A DNA stretch of 64,000 nt from an uncultured virus (IMG/VR IMGVR_UViG_3300043781_000019) (Duplodnaviria > Heunggongvirae > Uroviricota > Caudoviricetes > Herelleviridae). Position numbers and translations under genes: made by a program. Location: IMG/VR virus record IMGVR_UViG_3300043781_000019, one strand, 5' to 3'. The notes below the pieces were generated by a model. The model saw only the letters and a list, made by a program, of their open reading frames with translations. It made no database searches and was not told the origin of the DNA. How positions within the stretch are numbered: position 1 is the first letter of the stretch; every line of letters starts with the position of its first letter. This document shows, in pieces, positions 21,860 to 31,253 of this stretch.

Positions 21860-21888
21860 AAAAAGAGACACATTTAAGCGTCTCTTTT
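21860..21888. terminator. Bidirectional intrinsic terminator
   Basis: aaaagagac...gtctctttt inverted repeat. Confidence 0.6.
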
Positions 21889-21899
21889 AACTATCATAT

Positions 21900-22610
21900 T
21901 TATCCAATAACTTGAATCTGAGCTGTTCCTGTCCCCCATGATGGTACCTGACTATTTGGGATAGCAATATCTAATTGGTTAGGGTTGCTACTTGCAAATG
22001 CCCCTGTATCATTTACAGTTCTTGTCATGACTTGACCATCTTGTAAAGTGATTCTTAAAACAGTACCTTTAGGGTATACTGACAGATTAGCGGCAACACC
22101 AGAGTAAATTCCACCGGGCATAGTACTTGCGCCTAAAACAGCAGGATCATAAAATGTAACTTTAACTGTGGAACCAGAAGTAGCCTGAGCATTAGCAGTA
22201 TATGCCGAGCTTTGCTTGCTTTCTTGCTGCTGGCTAGCACTAGGCTGCGTTACATTCTGTACCTGTGGTTGACTAGTAGAAGCTGAAGTGGCTACGCTTG
22301 CTGTTGGTTGCTGACTACTAGCTACTTGACTAACCTGCTGTGGTGATTCTTTAGGCGCTTCTTTAGGCTCTGCATAGTCTTCTGGGTGAAGACTCTTGTT
22401 AGACTCTCCTACAGTAAACTTAATAACCTTAATATTAGGCTTATTCTTAATAGATTGATACTTAGCTATAGACTTTACATAATCTTTAGTACTATTAACC
22501 TTGCTTTTAATATCATAATTGCTACTTGCATGAACATTATTACTACTATAAAGTGTAGTAGAAGCAAACAGTAACATAATTGGTAGTATCATATACTTAT
22601 TATTTTTCAT
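21900..22610 (-). CDS. Secreted 3D-domain (peptidoglycan-active) protein
   Basis: Signal peptide (VHA|S), Q/S/T linker, C-terminal VTFY...VAAN...DTGA...LDI. Confidence 0.75.
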   Translation of the reverse strand: MKNNKYMILPIMLLFASTTLYSSNNVHASSNYDIKSKVNSTKDYVKSIAKYQSIKNKPNIKVIKFTVGESNKSLHPEDYAEPKEAPKESPQQVSQVASSQQPTASVATSASTSQPQVQNVTQPSASQQQESKQSSAYTANAQATSGSTVKVTFYDPAVLGASTMPGGIYSGVAANLSVYPKGTVLRITLQDGQVMTRTVNDTGAFASSNPNQLDIAIPNSQVPSWGTGTAQIQVIG

Positions 22611-22725
22611 GTAATACTTCCTTTCATTACCAATATAGGAAATATTAACACAAAAATATATCACTACCATGTCCTAAGGATTACAAATTAATCTAATTAT
22701 GTAATAATGTAACCTATTTGTAATA

Positions 22726-23190
22726 CTACAGAAGATCTTTTGCCAAGTTTGCAATTACACTATCAGATACAAGAGACTTATTACTTGCAATTTCTTGCTT
22801 AATCTCGTCATAGTCCCTATCATCAAAGGTTACTTTGACTACCTCATAGGGTCTAAAGTCACTTACATCATTACCCTTACCTAAAAGTCTAAAATCAATA
22901 TCCATTAAAACAAGCTTTTTACTTTGTAAAAGGCCAATAAGTCGCTTGAACATAAATGTCTCATATTCATAGTCTGGTCGGTATTCTTCAATAGAGTGGT
23001 CATAAAATACAGCAGGTGTAGGAAACTCTATAACATGTTCTGATCCTCTATTATATTTAGAAGATACCTCTGCATCCTCACCCATTACCTTAATAAAATT
23101 CTTTATAAGCTTATCATATACAGGAAGGTTGCCAGTAAACCCGTCAAGCCAACTTTCCAACTTTTTTGTATAACTGCTATTACTTTTCAT
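22726..23190 (-). CDS. Hypothetical protein
   Basis: Likely start MKSNSS at 23190, coupled to the upstream stop. Confidence 0.55.
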   Translation of the reverse strand: MKSNSSYTKKLESWLDGFTGNLPVYDKLIKNFIKVMGEDAEVSSKYNRGSEHVIEFPTPAVFYDHSIEEYRPDYEYETFMFKRLIGLLQSKKLVLMDIDFRLLGKGNDVSDFRPYEVVKVTFDDRDYDEIKQEIASNKSLVSDSVIANLAKDLL

Positions 23191-23644
23191 CTTTGTCACC
23201 ATACTCTGGTAATAGTAAACTAAACCGAATACTAAGCACCGCTGGCTCTGCCGGATTAGAGTTAGCTTTCTCAATATATGCCTGCACAAAGGACTTGTTA
23301 ACTTTTGCATCTCCAAGATCAAAAGCATTTCCCTTACCAATAAGTTCACCAACGCGTTTACTTACATCATCTTTATTAATTAAAGCCTGACTAAGAATTT
23401 CATATACAGATTCAACTTTATCATTAGTTAAGTTTGCACTGAAAACAGTCCCCATTGGTTCATCAGGATTAACGCTGTTAACTACCTTATCCTTCATTGC
23501 ATCATTTACTGAAAAGTCATGATTTTCCCAAAGGTCCTTTACAATATCTACAATCTTCTCTGCTGACTCTTCAACTAATTGCTTCTTTTCCTTATCTGAA
23601 ACTCTTAAAAATTCACTTGCTGTTTTTGCCACTTTTACTTTCAC
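23180..23644 (-). CDS. Hypothetical protein
   Basis: ORF in overlapping operon. Confidence 0.55.
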   Translation of the reverse strand: MKVKVAKTASEFLRVSDKEKKQLVEESAEKIVDIVKDLWENHDFSVNDAMKDKVVNSVNPDEPMGTVFSANLTNDKVESVYEILSQALINKDDVSKRVGELIGKGNAFDLGDAKVNKSFVQAYIEKANSNPAEPAVLSIRFSLLLPEYGDKDEK

Positions 23645-23801
23645 GTCCTTGATTAAATTTATCCTTCAATTCTTCTATGGCTCTTGCTGCATTAACTATC
23701 TGTTTTGACTTTTCAGCTTTTTTGTAATGTTTGTAGTAACTATATGATGCATAAATAGCATATAGTAAAACTACCATTAACACTATCTCTAATGCTTCCA
23801 T
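23613..23801 (-). CDS. Small membrane protein
   Basis: N-terminal hydrophobic helix. Confidence 0.55.
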   Translation of the reverse strand: MEALEIVLMVVLLYAIYASYSYYKHYKKAEKSKQIVNAARAIEELKDKFNQGRESKSGKNSK

Positions 23802-24526
23802 ACGCGCTCACCAAAAACCTTTTCCATGCTTGCTAAAGGAATTTGATAAACACCATTCAATTTCTTTATACTATAGAAATCCCTTAAAAGCTCTAGCATA
23901 TCTATCTCTGCTTGGTTCTTCGCTTTAAAATAAAAACCAAAGTCATTTTTATAAGCTATATCAATCGTTGTACAAATAGCTGAGTACAAATAATTGTAAT
24001 AGCTTTCCTTTGTATATGATCCTACAAAGCTAACTGTCAAAGAATCTCCAAGTTTACCAACTCCAGAAGTAGCAACTACTTGCCCCCCTGAAACGAAGAA
24101 AAGATAGTCATATGACTTCTTGTATTTCCTCTCTTGATACCAACCGGATCTGGGGATAGCTTTAAGAACATTAGTGGGAAGGGGATTACCAAGTTCCTTA
24201 CTTGCTATATACACCCCATCCTCTATGCCACTATCAGCCTCATCGTTGTTACCTTTACTAGTATTCTTAGCCTCAGGTGCCCCACTTTGCTTACTTGGAT
24301 CTTGATAAAAAGACATCTGGGTTGGCTTGCCTCTACGAATAACAGTCTTCTGAACTAACTGCAACTTACTAGTATCCTTTTTCTTGGACATGGACTTTTC
24401 AGCCATCTGTACCGTTGGCCCTAAATCAATTAATTCTTTATAGTTTTTGACGCCATATAAGGCTATTAAATCTTTATACTTTCTATTTTGATCTTCGTCA
24501 TAGGTGTCTTTTTCGCTCAATTGCAT
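23789..24526 (-). CDS. Putative virion protein
   Basis: KDTSKLQLVQKTVIRRGKP motif resembles the gene following terL in K-like phages. Confidence 0.55.
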   Translation of the reverse strand: MQLSEKDTYDEDQNRKYKDLIALYGVKNYKELIDLGPTVQMAEKSMSKKKDTSKLQLVQKTVIRRGKPTQMSFYQDPSKQSGAPEAKNTSKGNNDEADSGIEDGVYIASKELGNPLPTNVLKAIPRSGWYQERKYKKSYDYLFFVSGGQVVATSGVGKLGDSLTVSFVGSYTKESYYNYLYSAICTTIDIAYKNDFGFYFKAKNQAEIDMLELLRDFYSIKKLNGVYQIPLASMEKVFGERVWKH

Positions 24527-24552
24527 TCACCTCTTACCTACATTATATCACA

Positions 24553-25200
24553 CTATTTAAATATACTTGTCTTACTTATTGAGTATGTTGCCTTATAACA
24601 GTATATAATGTTTCCATCAATAGAAAAAACCTGACTATTATTAATGTCACAGTAATAAGCTTTTATCTTGTTACCATATAAAGCAGCTATTGGAACACCA
24701 TCATATGTTTTAACCATTAGTATACTAGAAGTGTAAGAGTAGGTACCTTTTATTTTGCTTGCTGCATACTCTATATAGTTGTTTCTTACCTCGCTAAGGT
24801 CTATAACATTATGCATTGAACTTGGGTATGCAAGAATAGTCGAACCAGAAATGCTAATGTCTCCCCTATAAGTATATATATTAACCGTGTCCACGTTTGC
24901 TTTCTTACCACCAGAAAGGTTCCCGATAGAAGATACACCAAGGTTTAACCCTAGAGAGCTAAATTTAGAAAGGGTTTTAGCGCTTCTATCATAAGTATTT
25001 ACAGAATACCTCTCATTTGTTGTATCTTTAGAAAGCTTACTTATTGTATATACATCTATTGGATTCACATAATGCTGATGCTCCCAATAAGCAAATACAA
25101 ATAGCAATATAAAAAACAGGGAAACACCAACAATGTGCTTCCCCATATATCGCTTAACCCTCAATAGAAAATCTCCGACTTGTGTTAAAATAGTTGTCAA
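24553..25200 (-). CDS. Membrane-anchored hypothetical protein
   Basis: N-terminal TM segment; true start may be the internal Met. Confidence 0.5.
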   Translation of the reverse strand: MTTILTQVGDFLLRVKRYMGKHIVGVSLFFILLFVFAYWEHQHYVNPIDVYTISKLSKDTTNERYSVNTYDRSAKTLSKFSSLGLNLGVSSIGNLSGGKKANVDTVNIYTYRGDISISGSTILAYPSSMHNVIDLSEVRNNYIEYAASKIKGTYSYTSSILMVKTYDGVPIAALYGNKIKAYYCDINNSQVFSIDGNIIYCYKATYSISKTSIFK

Positions 25201-25591
25201 GTTTAATTCTCACCTGCTTAAGCTGAACTTCCTGATCACCAGTTAAGGGGTCTGCTGAGTCTACTAATTCGTAAAAAGTATCAATATTTGTCTTAATATC
25301 ATCTGGTACATTAACCCATTTTGGCTTACCTGCTTTAATAATAAAGACAGGATTAATTCTAGCAATGTCAAGCCTACTATCTGTCACATCGCCAGCTGGC
25401 AAACCAATAAGTAGCCCATTAGTCAACTCTGATGGCATAGCTGAGCTTAATGTGTATGCTGCGGATCTATAAGAAGTACCTTGCATTGGATATTGTGGGA
25501 ATACTGTAGCTGTGGCTTCTGTATCTCCTATTAAATAAATATTAATAACTAGTTCTTTACCATCTCTAGGGTATGTATATTTTGTTGCCAT
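25154..25591 (-). CDS. Hypothetical protein
   Basis: ORF with AGGAGA RBS. Confidence 0.55.
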   Translation of the reverse strand: MATKYTYPRDGKELVINIYLIGDTEATATVFPQYPMQGTSYRSAAYTLSSAMPSELTNGLLIGLPAGDVTDSRLDIARINPVFIIKAGKPKWVNVPDDIKTNIDTFYELVDSADPLTGDQEVQLKQVRIKLDNYFNTSRRFSIEG

Positions 25592-25602
25592 TTTTTAATC
25601 TC

Positions 25603-25959
25603 CTACCATTGTTTTAGTTGTGAGAAGACATAGGCAAGGACACTACCTATTAGAACAGATACAAAGTTGCCAACAACTGCTCTAACCTTATCATCACTCA
25701 TGCCTTCGTTCTTTTGGTAATTTTTAATTGACTCTTCTAAGCTATCCAGACGGTTTATGAATTCAACAGTTTGCTTATCCAAAGAATGGTAGTTCTCCTT
25801 TAGCGTGTCTACTTCTCCCCTAATATCTCTAATTGAGTCTTGTAGATCATCTAGGTCACTCTCACTAACTTGAGATGGCCTATATTCTTCTAGCTTTTCT
25901 ATGACATCATTTAGTTTCTCTACAAGCTTAGTGTCAATTTCTTTATCTTTGTTTTCCAC
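25603..25959 (-). CDS. Coiled-coil protein with C-terminal TM
   Basis: Heptad pattern plus hydrophobic C-terminus. Confidence 0.55.
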   Translation of the reverse strand: MENKDKEIDTKLVEKLNDVIEKLEEYRPSQVSESDLDDLQDSIRDIRGEVDTLKENYHSLDKQTVEFINRLDSLEESIKNYQKNEGMSDDKVRAVVGNFVSVLIGSVLAYVFSQLKQW

Positions 25960-26248
25960 GTGTCACACCGCCAAATTGGATTAAATGCGGCCCAACTGCA
26001 AAAAGTGACAATATGGCGAGCACATATAAAAATATTAAGTTACCTTTATACACATTATACCACAAAAGCACAGAAATAGTACACAAAGTTGGGAGAAGAA
26101 GTACCATTTTAGCTTTCTCCTTTCCTCTTGACTTAACTAAGATACTATTAGTGCATTCTGTCACATAGAAAAGGTACATTTGTATAGTAAAGGCAACAGC
26201 TATGTTTATGCCAAGCATCATATCACCACCAGTCGAAGCGCCATTCAT
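25943..26248 (-). CDS. Three-TM membrane protein (holin-like topology)
   Basis: Three hydrophobic segments. Confidence 0.45.
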   Translation of the reverse strand: MNGASTGGDMMLGINIAVAFTIQMYLFYVTECTNSILVKSRGKEKAKMVLLLPTLCTISVLLWYNVYKGNLIFLYVLAILSLFAVGPHLIQFGGVTRGKQR

Positions 26249-26312
26249 GAACTAATATAGACGGTTAGATACTATTCTATGGTATAATGTTAATGAGAAA
26301 CTATATTCTTAT

Positions 26313-26636
26313 ATGGGGGTGATTATGCTGTTAAGATATAGTATACCTCATAAATTGTATAGAGAAACCCTTTTAGATAATAAGGAAAGGAAGTTTAATA
26401 AGGGAGATAATAGATTTAATCACAAAGTTAGATGCTCAATATGTGGTAAAGAGCTTGTTTCAAAATATAATGGTAGCTTTATAGTAACTAACGACTTTTA
26501 CATATCAAGATTTATGGGTAAAGAACTAAAGATATGTGCAAACACCAAGTCTTGTAATCATTACTATAGACTACATAATTCTAATGAGTACATTAACATA
26601 TACACAAGTAAATTGATTAAATGGAAGGAAAGATAA
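26313..26636 (+). CDS. Hypothetical Cys-containing protein
   Basis: CSICG...C...C; first gene of terminase cassette. Confidence 0.55.
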   Translation: MGVIMLLRYSIPHKLYRETLLDNKERKFNKGDNRFNHKVRCSICGKELVSKYNGSFIVTNDFYISRFMGKELKICANTKSCNHYYRLHNSNEYINIYTSKLIKWKER

Positions 26637-26637
26637 T

Positions 26638-27081
26638 ATGGGTATAAAAGATGCCTATGAAGATGCTAAAAAGCCACAAAGCGAAAATGTTAAGGAATTA
26701 GCAACAGCCTTCAATTCACTAGCAGCTAAGCTGATAAAAAAAGGTCTAGAAGATGCTAACGCTGGCAGGCTAGAAATTAGAGACTCAACAGACTTAGTGC
26801 AACTTATTAAGTCTTTCAAAGACCTTAACAACTTAACAGATGGTATTGGTGACATCCAAGAAAATGGTAGCTTGCCTCAACTTAATGCTGGTCAAGAACA
26901 CTTGATTGAAGCACGCTTAAAGATCACAGATGTTAAGAAAACTGATAGTGATGGCAACGTTGTGGATACACCAAAGATTAAGTTGGATGACTTAGCAAAA
27001 ATGTCAAAGGAGGATACAAGCAAACTTATTAAGGAAAGAGAGAAACAAGTTAACAATGATAATGCAAAGGAGATCCTTTAA
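26638..27081 (+). CDS. Putative terminase small subunit
   Basis: Immediately upstream of and coupled to terL exon 1. Confidence 0.55.
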   Translation: MGIKDAYEDAKKPQSENVKELATAFNSLAAKLIKKGLEDANAGRLEIRDSTDLVQLIKSFKDLNNLTDGIGDIQENGSLPQLNAGQEHLIEARLKITDVKKTDSDGNVVDTPKIKLDDLAKMSKEDTSKLIKEREKQVNNDNAKEIL

Positions 27082-30000
27082 TGGAAGATTTTACCGATGA
27101 GGTTCTCACTAGAAAAGTCCCTGGGGTAATTCAAAGTGCCAACTCTTATTCTGGTAGTGACATTGCTAAGATTGCTAAGAACACCTTTGGCGATGTTTCT
27201 AGTATTACACCAGAACAGTTAGCCTTACTTATGGACTATCTAGTGCCTAGCTCATACATGCTTAGAAACCATAGAATTAAAAACGGCCAGCAAAAGTTCA
27301 CCTTTTCTGTGCCTAACTATGGTGACAATATTAGTTCCAAAGCCTTCTCACATAGACCATAAACTATTGCTGTGGTCTTTAAACTCTGTTAAACGGGCAT
27401 AGGAGAAATAAGGTATGAAAGTACACGAATATCCTGGTAAGAAAGGCTAAATCCCCTTTAGGGACAATGCTAACCACCGTACTAAATCAAGCATTATATG
27501 CTTGTAAAGGTCTAAAGACTAAGTTTCTGGATAACTATACAAACGGGTATAGCTATAACCAGATAAGAAAACCTAAGTATCCCTTAGGAAGTAAAGCAGA
27601 GAACCTTTAAAAAGGTTAAGATATAGTCTAATCCCCTAATAAATATCGGGAAACCGAGGGTATTAAATAATGGGCAAAAACAAATTGTCAATGACCTTTA
27701 TCCGAGTGTTGTTACACTTAAGGCCCGGCAATTGGGATTTTCAGAAATAGGTGTAGCATTTATGCTTTGGTGGGTAGATGTGCACTCATACGCTGGTGTA
27801 AACAGCTTGTATACATTCCCTGAACCTTTGTGGGGCTTCTAAGAGAAATCTTAGTTGAAAAACCTTGTTAAACGGGCATAGTAAAATAGTGTGCATAGAA
27901 ACATAAATATACTGGTAAGAAAGGCTAAATCCTAATGCACAAGGACAGAGCTGACCTACCGTGCTAAATAGAACTGCAATTAGGGTTCTTACATGCCTAA
28001 CGACTAAAATTCTGGATAAATACACAAATGGGTGTATTGAAAATCAGATGAAAAAATTTGCAAAATATTAGTACAAAGTATGAACATATGTTATAATATT
28101 ATTGGTGATATTATGACAAAAAGAGTGACAAATAAAGAATTTTTAACAAAGCTAACACTTAAATATGGAACAGAATTTTCTATCCTATCCCCGTATGTTA
28201 AAAGCAGTATAAAGATCCTTGTTAAACATAACATTTGCGGAAATGTTTGGAAAGTTACGCCTAATAATTTGCTTAGAGGAAGAAAATGCCCTAAATGCAA
28301 AAACAGAATAAGTCCAAATGATTTTTCCGATAGGGTTTATAAAGAAACTAATGGCAATCTAAAAGTTGTTGGTAAGTATATAGACTGTGATACCGCAGTC
28401 AAGGTGCTATGCAAAAAGCATGGGTGTTACTTTTATATAAAACCAAGAAGCTGTTATAGTAGTAAAAGATCAAAGTATAAGTGCCCAAAGTGTCGATCCG
28501 AAGCAGTATCAAAAGAAACCTCTAAGGATCAAAATACATTTCTAAAAGAGCTTAAAATAAAGCACCATGGAAGTATTGTATGCTTAGATAAATATGTTAA
28601 TACACATACAAAGCTACACTTTAAATGCTTAAAATGCAACCATGTATTCTTTTCGGAACCAAACTCTGTTATAAGATTAAGCGGTTGTCCTACATGTGCA
28701 GAATCCCACGGAGAACAAGCAATAACGTATTTTCTAGAAGATAAAAACATAGAGTTTGAAAGACAGAAGTCCTTTAATGATTGCAAGTATAAAAGAAAGT
28801 TAAAATTCGACTTTTTCTTGCCAGAAAAAAACATGTTTATAGAATATGATGGAATGCAGCACTTTAAACCAATAGAGTTTTTTGGAGGCGATAAAGCCTA
28901 CAAGCATCAAAAACATCTTGATTCAATAAAAGATAAGTATGCCCTTAAAAGGGGAATCAAGATGGTTAGAATAAAGTATACACCAAGATTAGATATACTT
29001 AATAAAGAACTTATCAATATATTTTGCAAAAAGTAAAGCAAGGGGACTTATTCCAAAGTTTAAGCCCAAGAGATAGTCTGACCTTATACGAAAGCATAAG
29101 ATAACAAAAATGACAATACGCCAGATGAATGACTTCGTTCGTCAAAGGCTCGATCCAGTTTTGCAGTTGCCTTACTATAGGGCAATTATTGATCCAAATA
29201 TGAACTCAATTAATGCTAAAAGAATTCGCAACTCTAACATGTCATTCCGTACCAGTAGTAAGCCCGGATCAGTTGAAGGGCTTAACGTAGACATGGTATC
29301 CATTGATGAATTTGATAGGGCTAATATACAGGCCATACAGTCTGCTGAAAACTCTATGAGTTCTTCTAAGTTTAAAGTAAGCAGGAAGTGGAGCACACCA
29401 ACAGCTCCAAACGTTGGAATCCACGACCTTTTCGTACACTCCGACCAAATGGAATACATTCACAAGTGTCAACACTGTGGCTATTGGAATCTACTTAATT
29501 ATGCTGACTATGTTGATGATGGTGATCCTCATAGTGGTGGCAACATAAGGTTGCTTAATCCAGATGGGATTAACCTTGCTGCTCGTGCTGTTATGCCGGG
29601 TACCTACCAGTTTGTGTGTGCTAAGTGTGGAAAGCCTTTAGATCGATGGTATAGCGGAACATGGGGTGCTAGGTACCCTTCACGTACTCAGGACACAAAC
29701 GGTACCAGAGGATACCATATTTCGCAAATGAACGCCGTCTGGATCACAGCAGATGCACTTAAAACGGCGGAGCTTAATGCTAAGTCAAAACAAGCATTCT
29801 ATAACTATAACCTAGGTATGCCTTATCAAGACACTAAGTTACAAGTATCTGACGCAGATGTAAAAGACCATGCTACTTTCCCTAAGCGAAGACTTAATCG
29901 TGACGGTTACCAATTGGTAGCCGTTGGTATTGACTGGGGTGAACAATACCATCACTGTGTTGTCATGGGTATGCGTGCTAATGGTGCCTATGATATGCTA

Positions 30001-30624
30001 AATGTCTTTAAAGTCAAAGCTGTAGGTGCAACAAATGTTGTTGGCTCTGGTTCCGACATTATGGCCATAAAGCTAAAGTTAAGAAACTATGACCCTGACA
30101 TCATCATTGCCGATGTCGGCGATGCTGGTGAAAAGATACATGCCTTAATGGAAATATATGGCCAAGATAAGGTCTATGGTGGTAAGTATAGCTCTAACCC
30201 CACAGCAGGATTATACGCCGCCTCAGGCAAGTTTGAAACAACTTGGAGTGATACTACTAACACAGCCACAATGGACAAGCTAACACAAAATAAGCGCTTC
30301 ATTGACCTTATGAAACGTGGCATGATTGGCTTCTGGGAACAAGATGATGAGGAGCTAGAAACATATATCAAGCACTGGCAAAATGTGTTCATTAGAGATG
30401 ATGAGCAAGACGATGGTAGCTTTAGACAGGTAATAGGCCGCAGAGGTGGGGATCATTACGCCCAGGCAAGCGTCATCTGCCTTGAAGCGCTTGATTACAT
30501 CCGTAAGCAGGTCTATAGTGAGGACTCCTATGATTTCTCCTATACTGACCTTGATACACGTATGAAGCCTGATAACCCTGACATTGTTAACAGATTAAAA
30601 GAATCTGGTAACATATTTGAATAA
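27081..30624 (+). CDS. terL: Terminase large subunit, spliced join(27081..27360,27673..27821,29113..30624), 646 aa
   Basis: Splicing restores HRP-W-QKQIVND, KARQLGFSE, YTFP-TIRQM; Walker B SIDEFD; nuclease GIDWG and GGDH. Confidence 0.9.
27361..27672 (+). other. Group I intron 1 in terL (312 nt, ORF-less)
   Basis: Exon ends in U within P1 (gaccat/gtggtc); intron ends in G; core motifs aagacta and gatatagtcta; frame restored on removal. Confidence 0.88.
27822..29112 (+). other. Group I intron 2 in terL (1291 nt) with endonuclease ORF
   Basis: Exon ends ccct pairing with gggg; tttgt can pair with the exon 3 start acaa; terminal G; core closely similar to intron 1; gagatagtctga. Confidence 0.88.
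28113..29036 (+). CDS. Intron-encoded homing endonuclease: Zn-ribbon repeats plus Vsr-like PD-(D/E)xK domain
   Basis: Three CxxC modules; SHGE...FDFFL...IEYDGMQH; GGTGA RBS and TGnTATAAT upstream. Confidence 0.8.
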   Translation: MTKRVTNKEFLTKLTLKYGTEFSILSPYVKSSIKILVKHNICGNVWKVTPNNLLRGRKCPKCKNRISPNDFSDRVYKETNGNLKVVGKYIDCDTAVKVLCKKHGCYFYIKPRSCYSSKRSKYKCPKCRSEAVSKETSKDQNTFLKELKIKHHGSIVCLDKYVNTHTKLHFKCLKCNHVFFSEPNSVIRLSGCPTCAESHGEQAITYFLEDKNIEFERQKSFNDCKYKRKLKFDFFLPEKNMFIEYDGMQHFKPIEFFGGDKAYKHQKHLDSIKDKYALKRGIKMVRIKYTPRLDILNKELINIFCKK

Positions 30625-30661
30625 ACAAAAAGACCCTCTAGAAATTAATCTAGGGGGTCTT
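30624..30661. terminator. Intrinsic terminator, U tract on - strand
   Basis: agaccctctag...ctagggggtct hairpin. Confidence 0.7.
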
Positions 30662-30833
30662 CTCGTATCAAGAAAGGAGGGTAGAATTTTGTTCAATTGC
30701 TAAACTAACCACTAGCTACATTTTTACCTTAGTCTCTTCCCACATGTACTCGTTGTAGGTCCTACACGTGTAAATCTAAGAGCCTAAGGGTGTTTCATTA
30801 ATTTACCTATCTAGCAATTTCCATCATCTACAA
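30625..30833 (-). ncRNA. Candidate ~200-nt rod-shaped small RNA (6S-like fold)
   Basis: TTGACT-17-TATTAT promoter (30867-30839), nested inverted repeats, terminator, only a 4-codon ORF seen. Confidence 0.5.
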
Positions 30834-30863
30834 ATACTATAATAGCACAATAGCTTCTAAAAG

Positions 30864-31124
30864 TCAACCTAAATACTCATTTAATTTATCCATTCTTAAG
30901 TCGCACCATGAATCCTTTAAAGAACCATCGTCATTATAAACCTTAACAATTGGAAATGAATTAAACCCTTGCTTTTTAAACTGTACTAATTTCTTATCCG
31001 TGTATTCTTTATTGTCACCTGTTAAGAGTGTCTTACGTGTGTAAGGTATTCCTTTAACTTTAAATTTTCGTTCTGTCATTCGGCACTTAGCGCAGCCCGG
31101 CTTATCATAAATCTTGTATGTCAT
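30864..31124 (-). CDS. nrdH: NrdH-like glutaredoxin
   Basis: YDKPGCAKC...SFPIV. Confidence 0.8.
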   Translation of the reverse strand: MTYKIYDKPGCAKCRMTERKFKVKGIPYTRKTLLTGDNKEYTDKKLVQFKKQGFNSFPIVKVYNDDGSLKDSWCDLRMDKLNEYLG

Positions 31125-31226
31125 CTAAATTTCCCCTTAGTATGAAAAAGAGCGCCAGATCCTTTTACCGATCCAGACCTCATTATTTTATTCATTTACT
31201 ACCCCACCAGTTTCACCCAGTAAGGT

Positions 31227-31252
31227 ATCAAGTTAGTCAATTTTATTTAGTG
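31227..31252. repeat. 26-bp direct repeat, second copy at 32611..32636
   Basis: atcaagttagtcaattttatttagtg, exact on both sides of the TnpB element. Confidence 0.95.
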
Positions 31253-31253
31253 A

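Noticed and set aside
29110..30624. Stand-alone 504-aa terminase gene
   Set aside because: Lacks the N-terminal ATPase motif; it is exon 3 of the spliced gene
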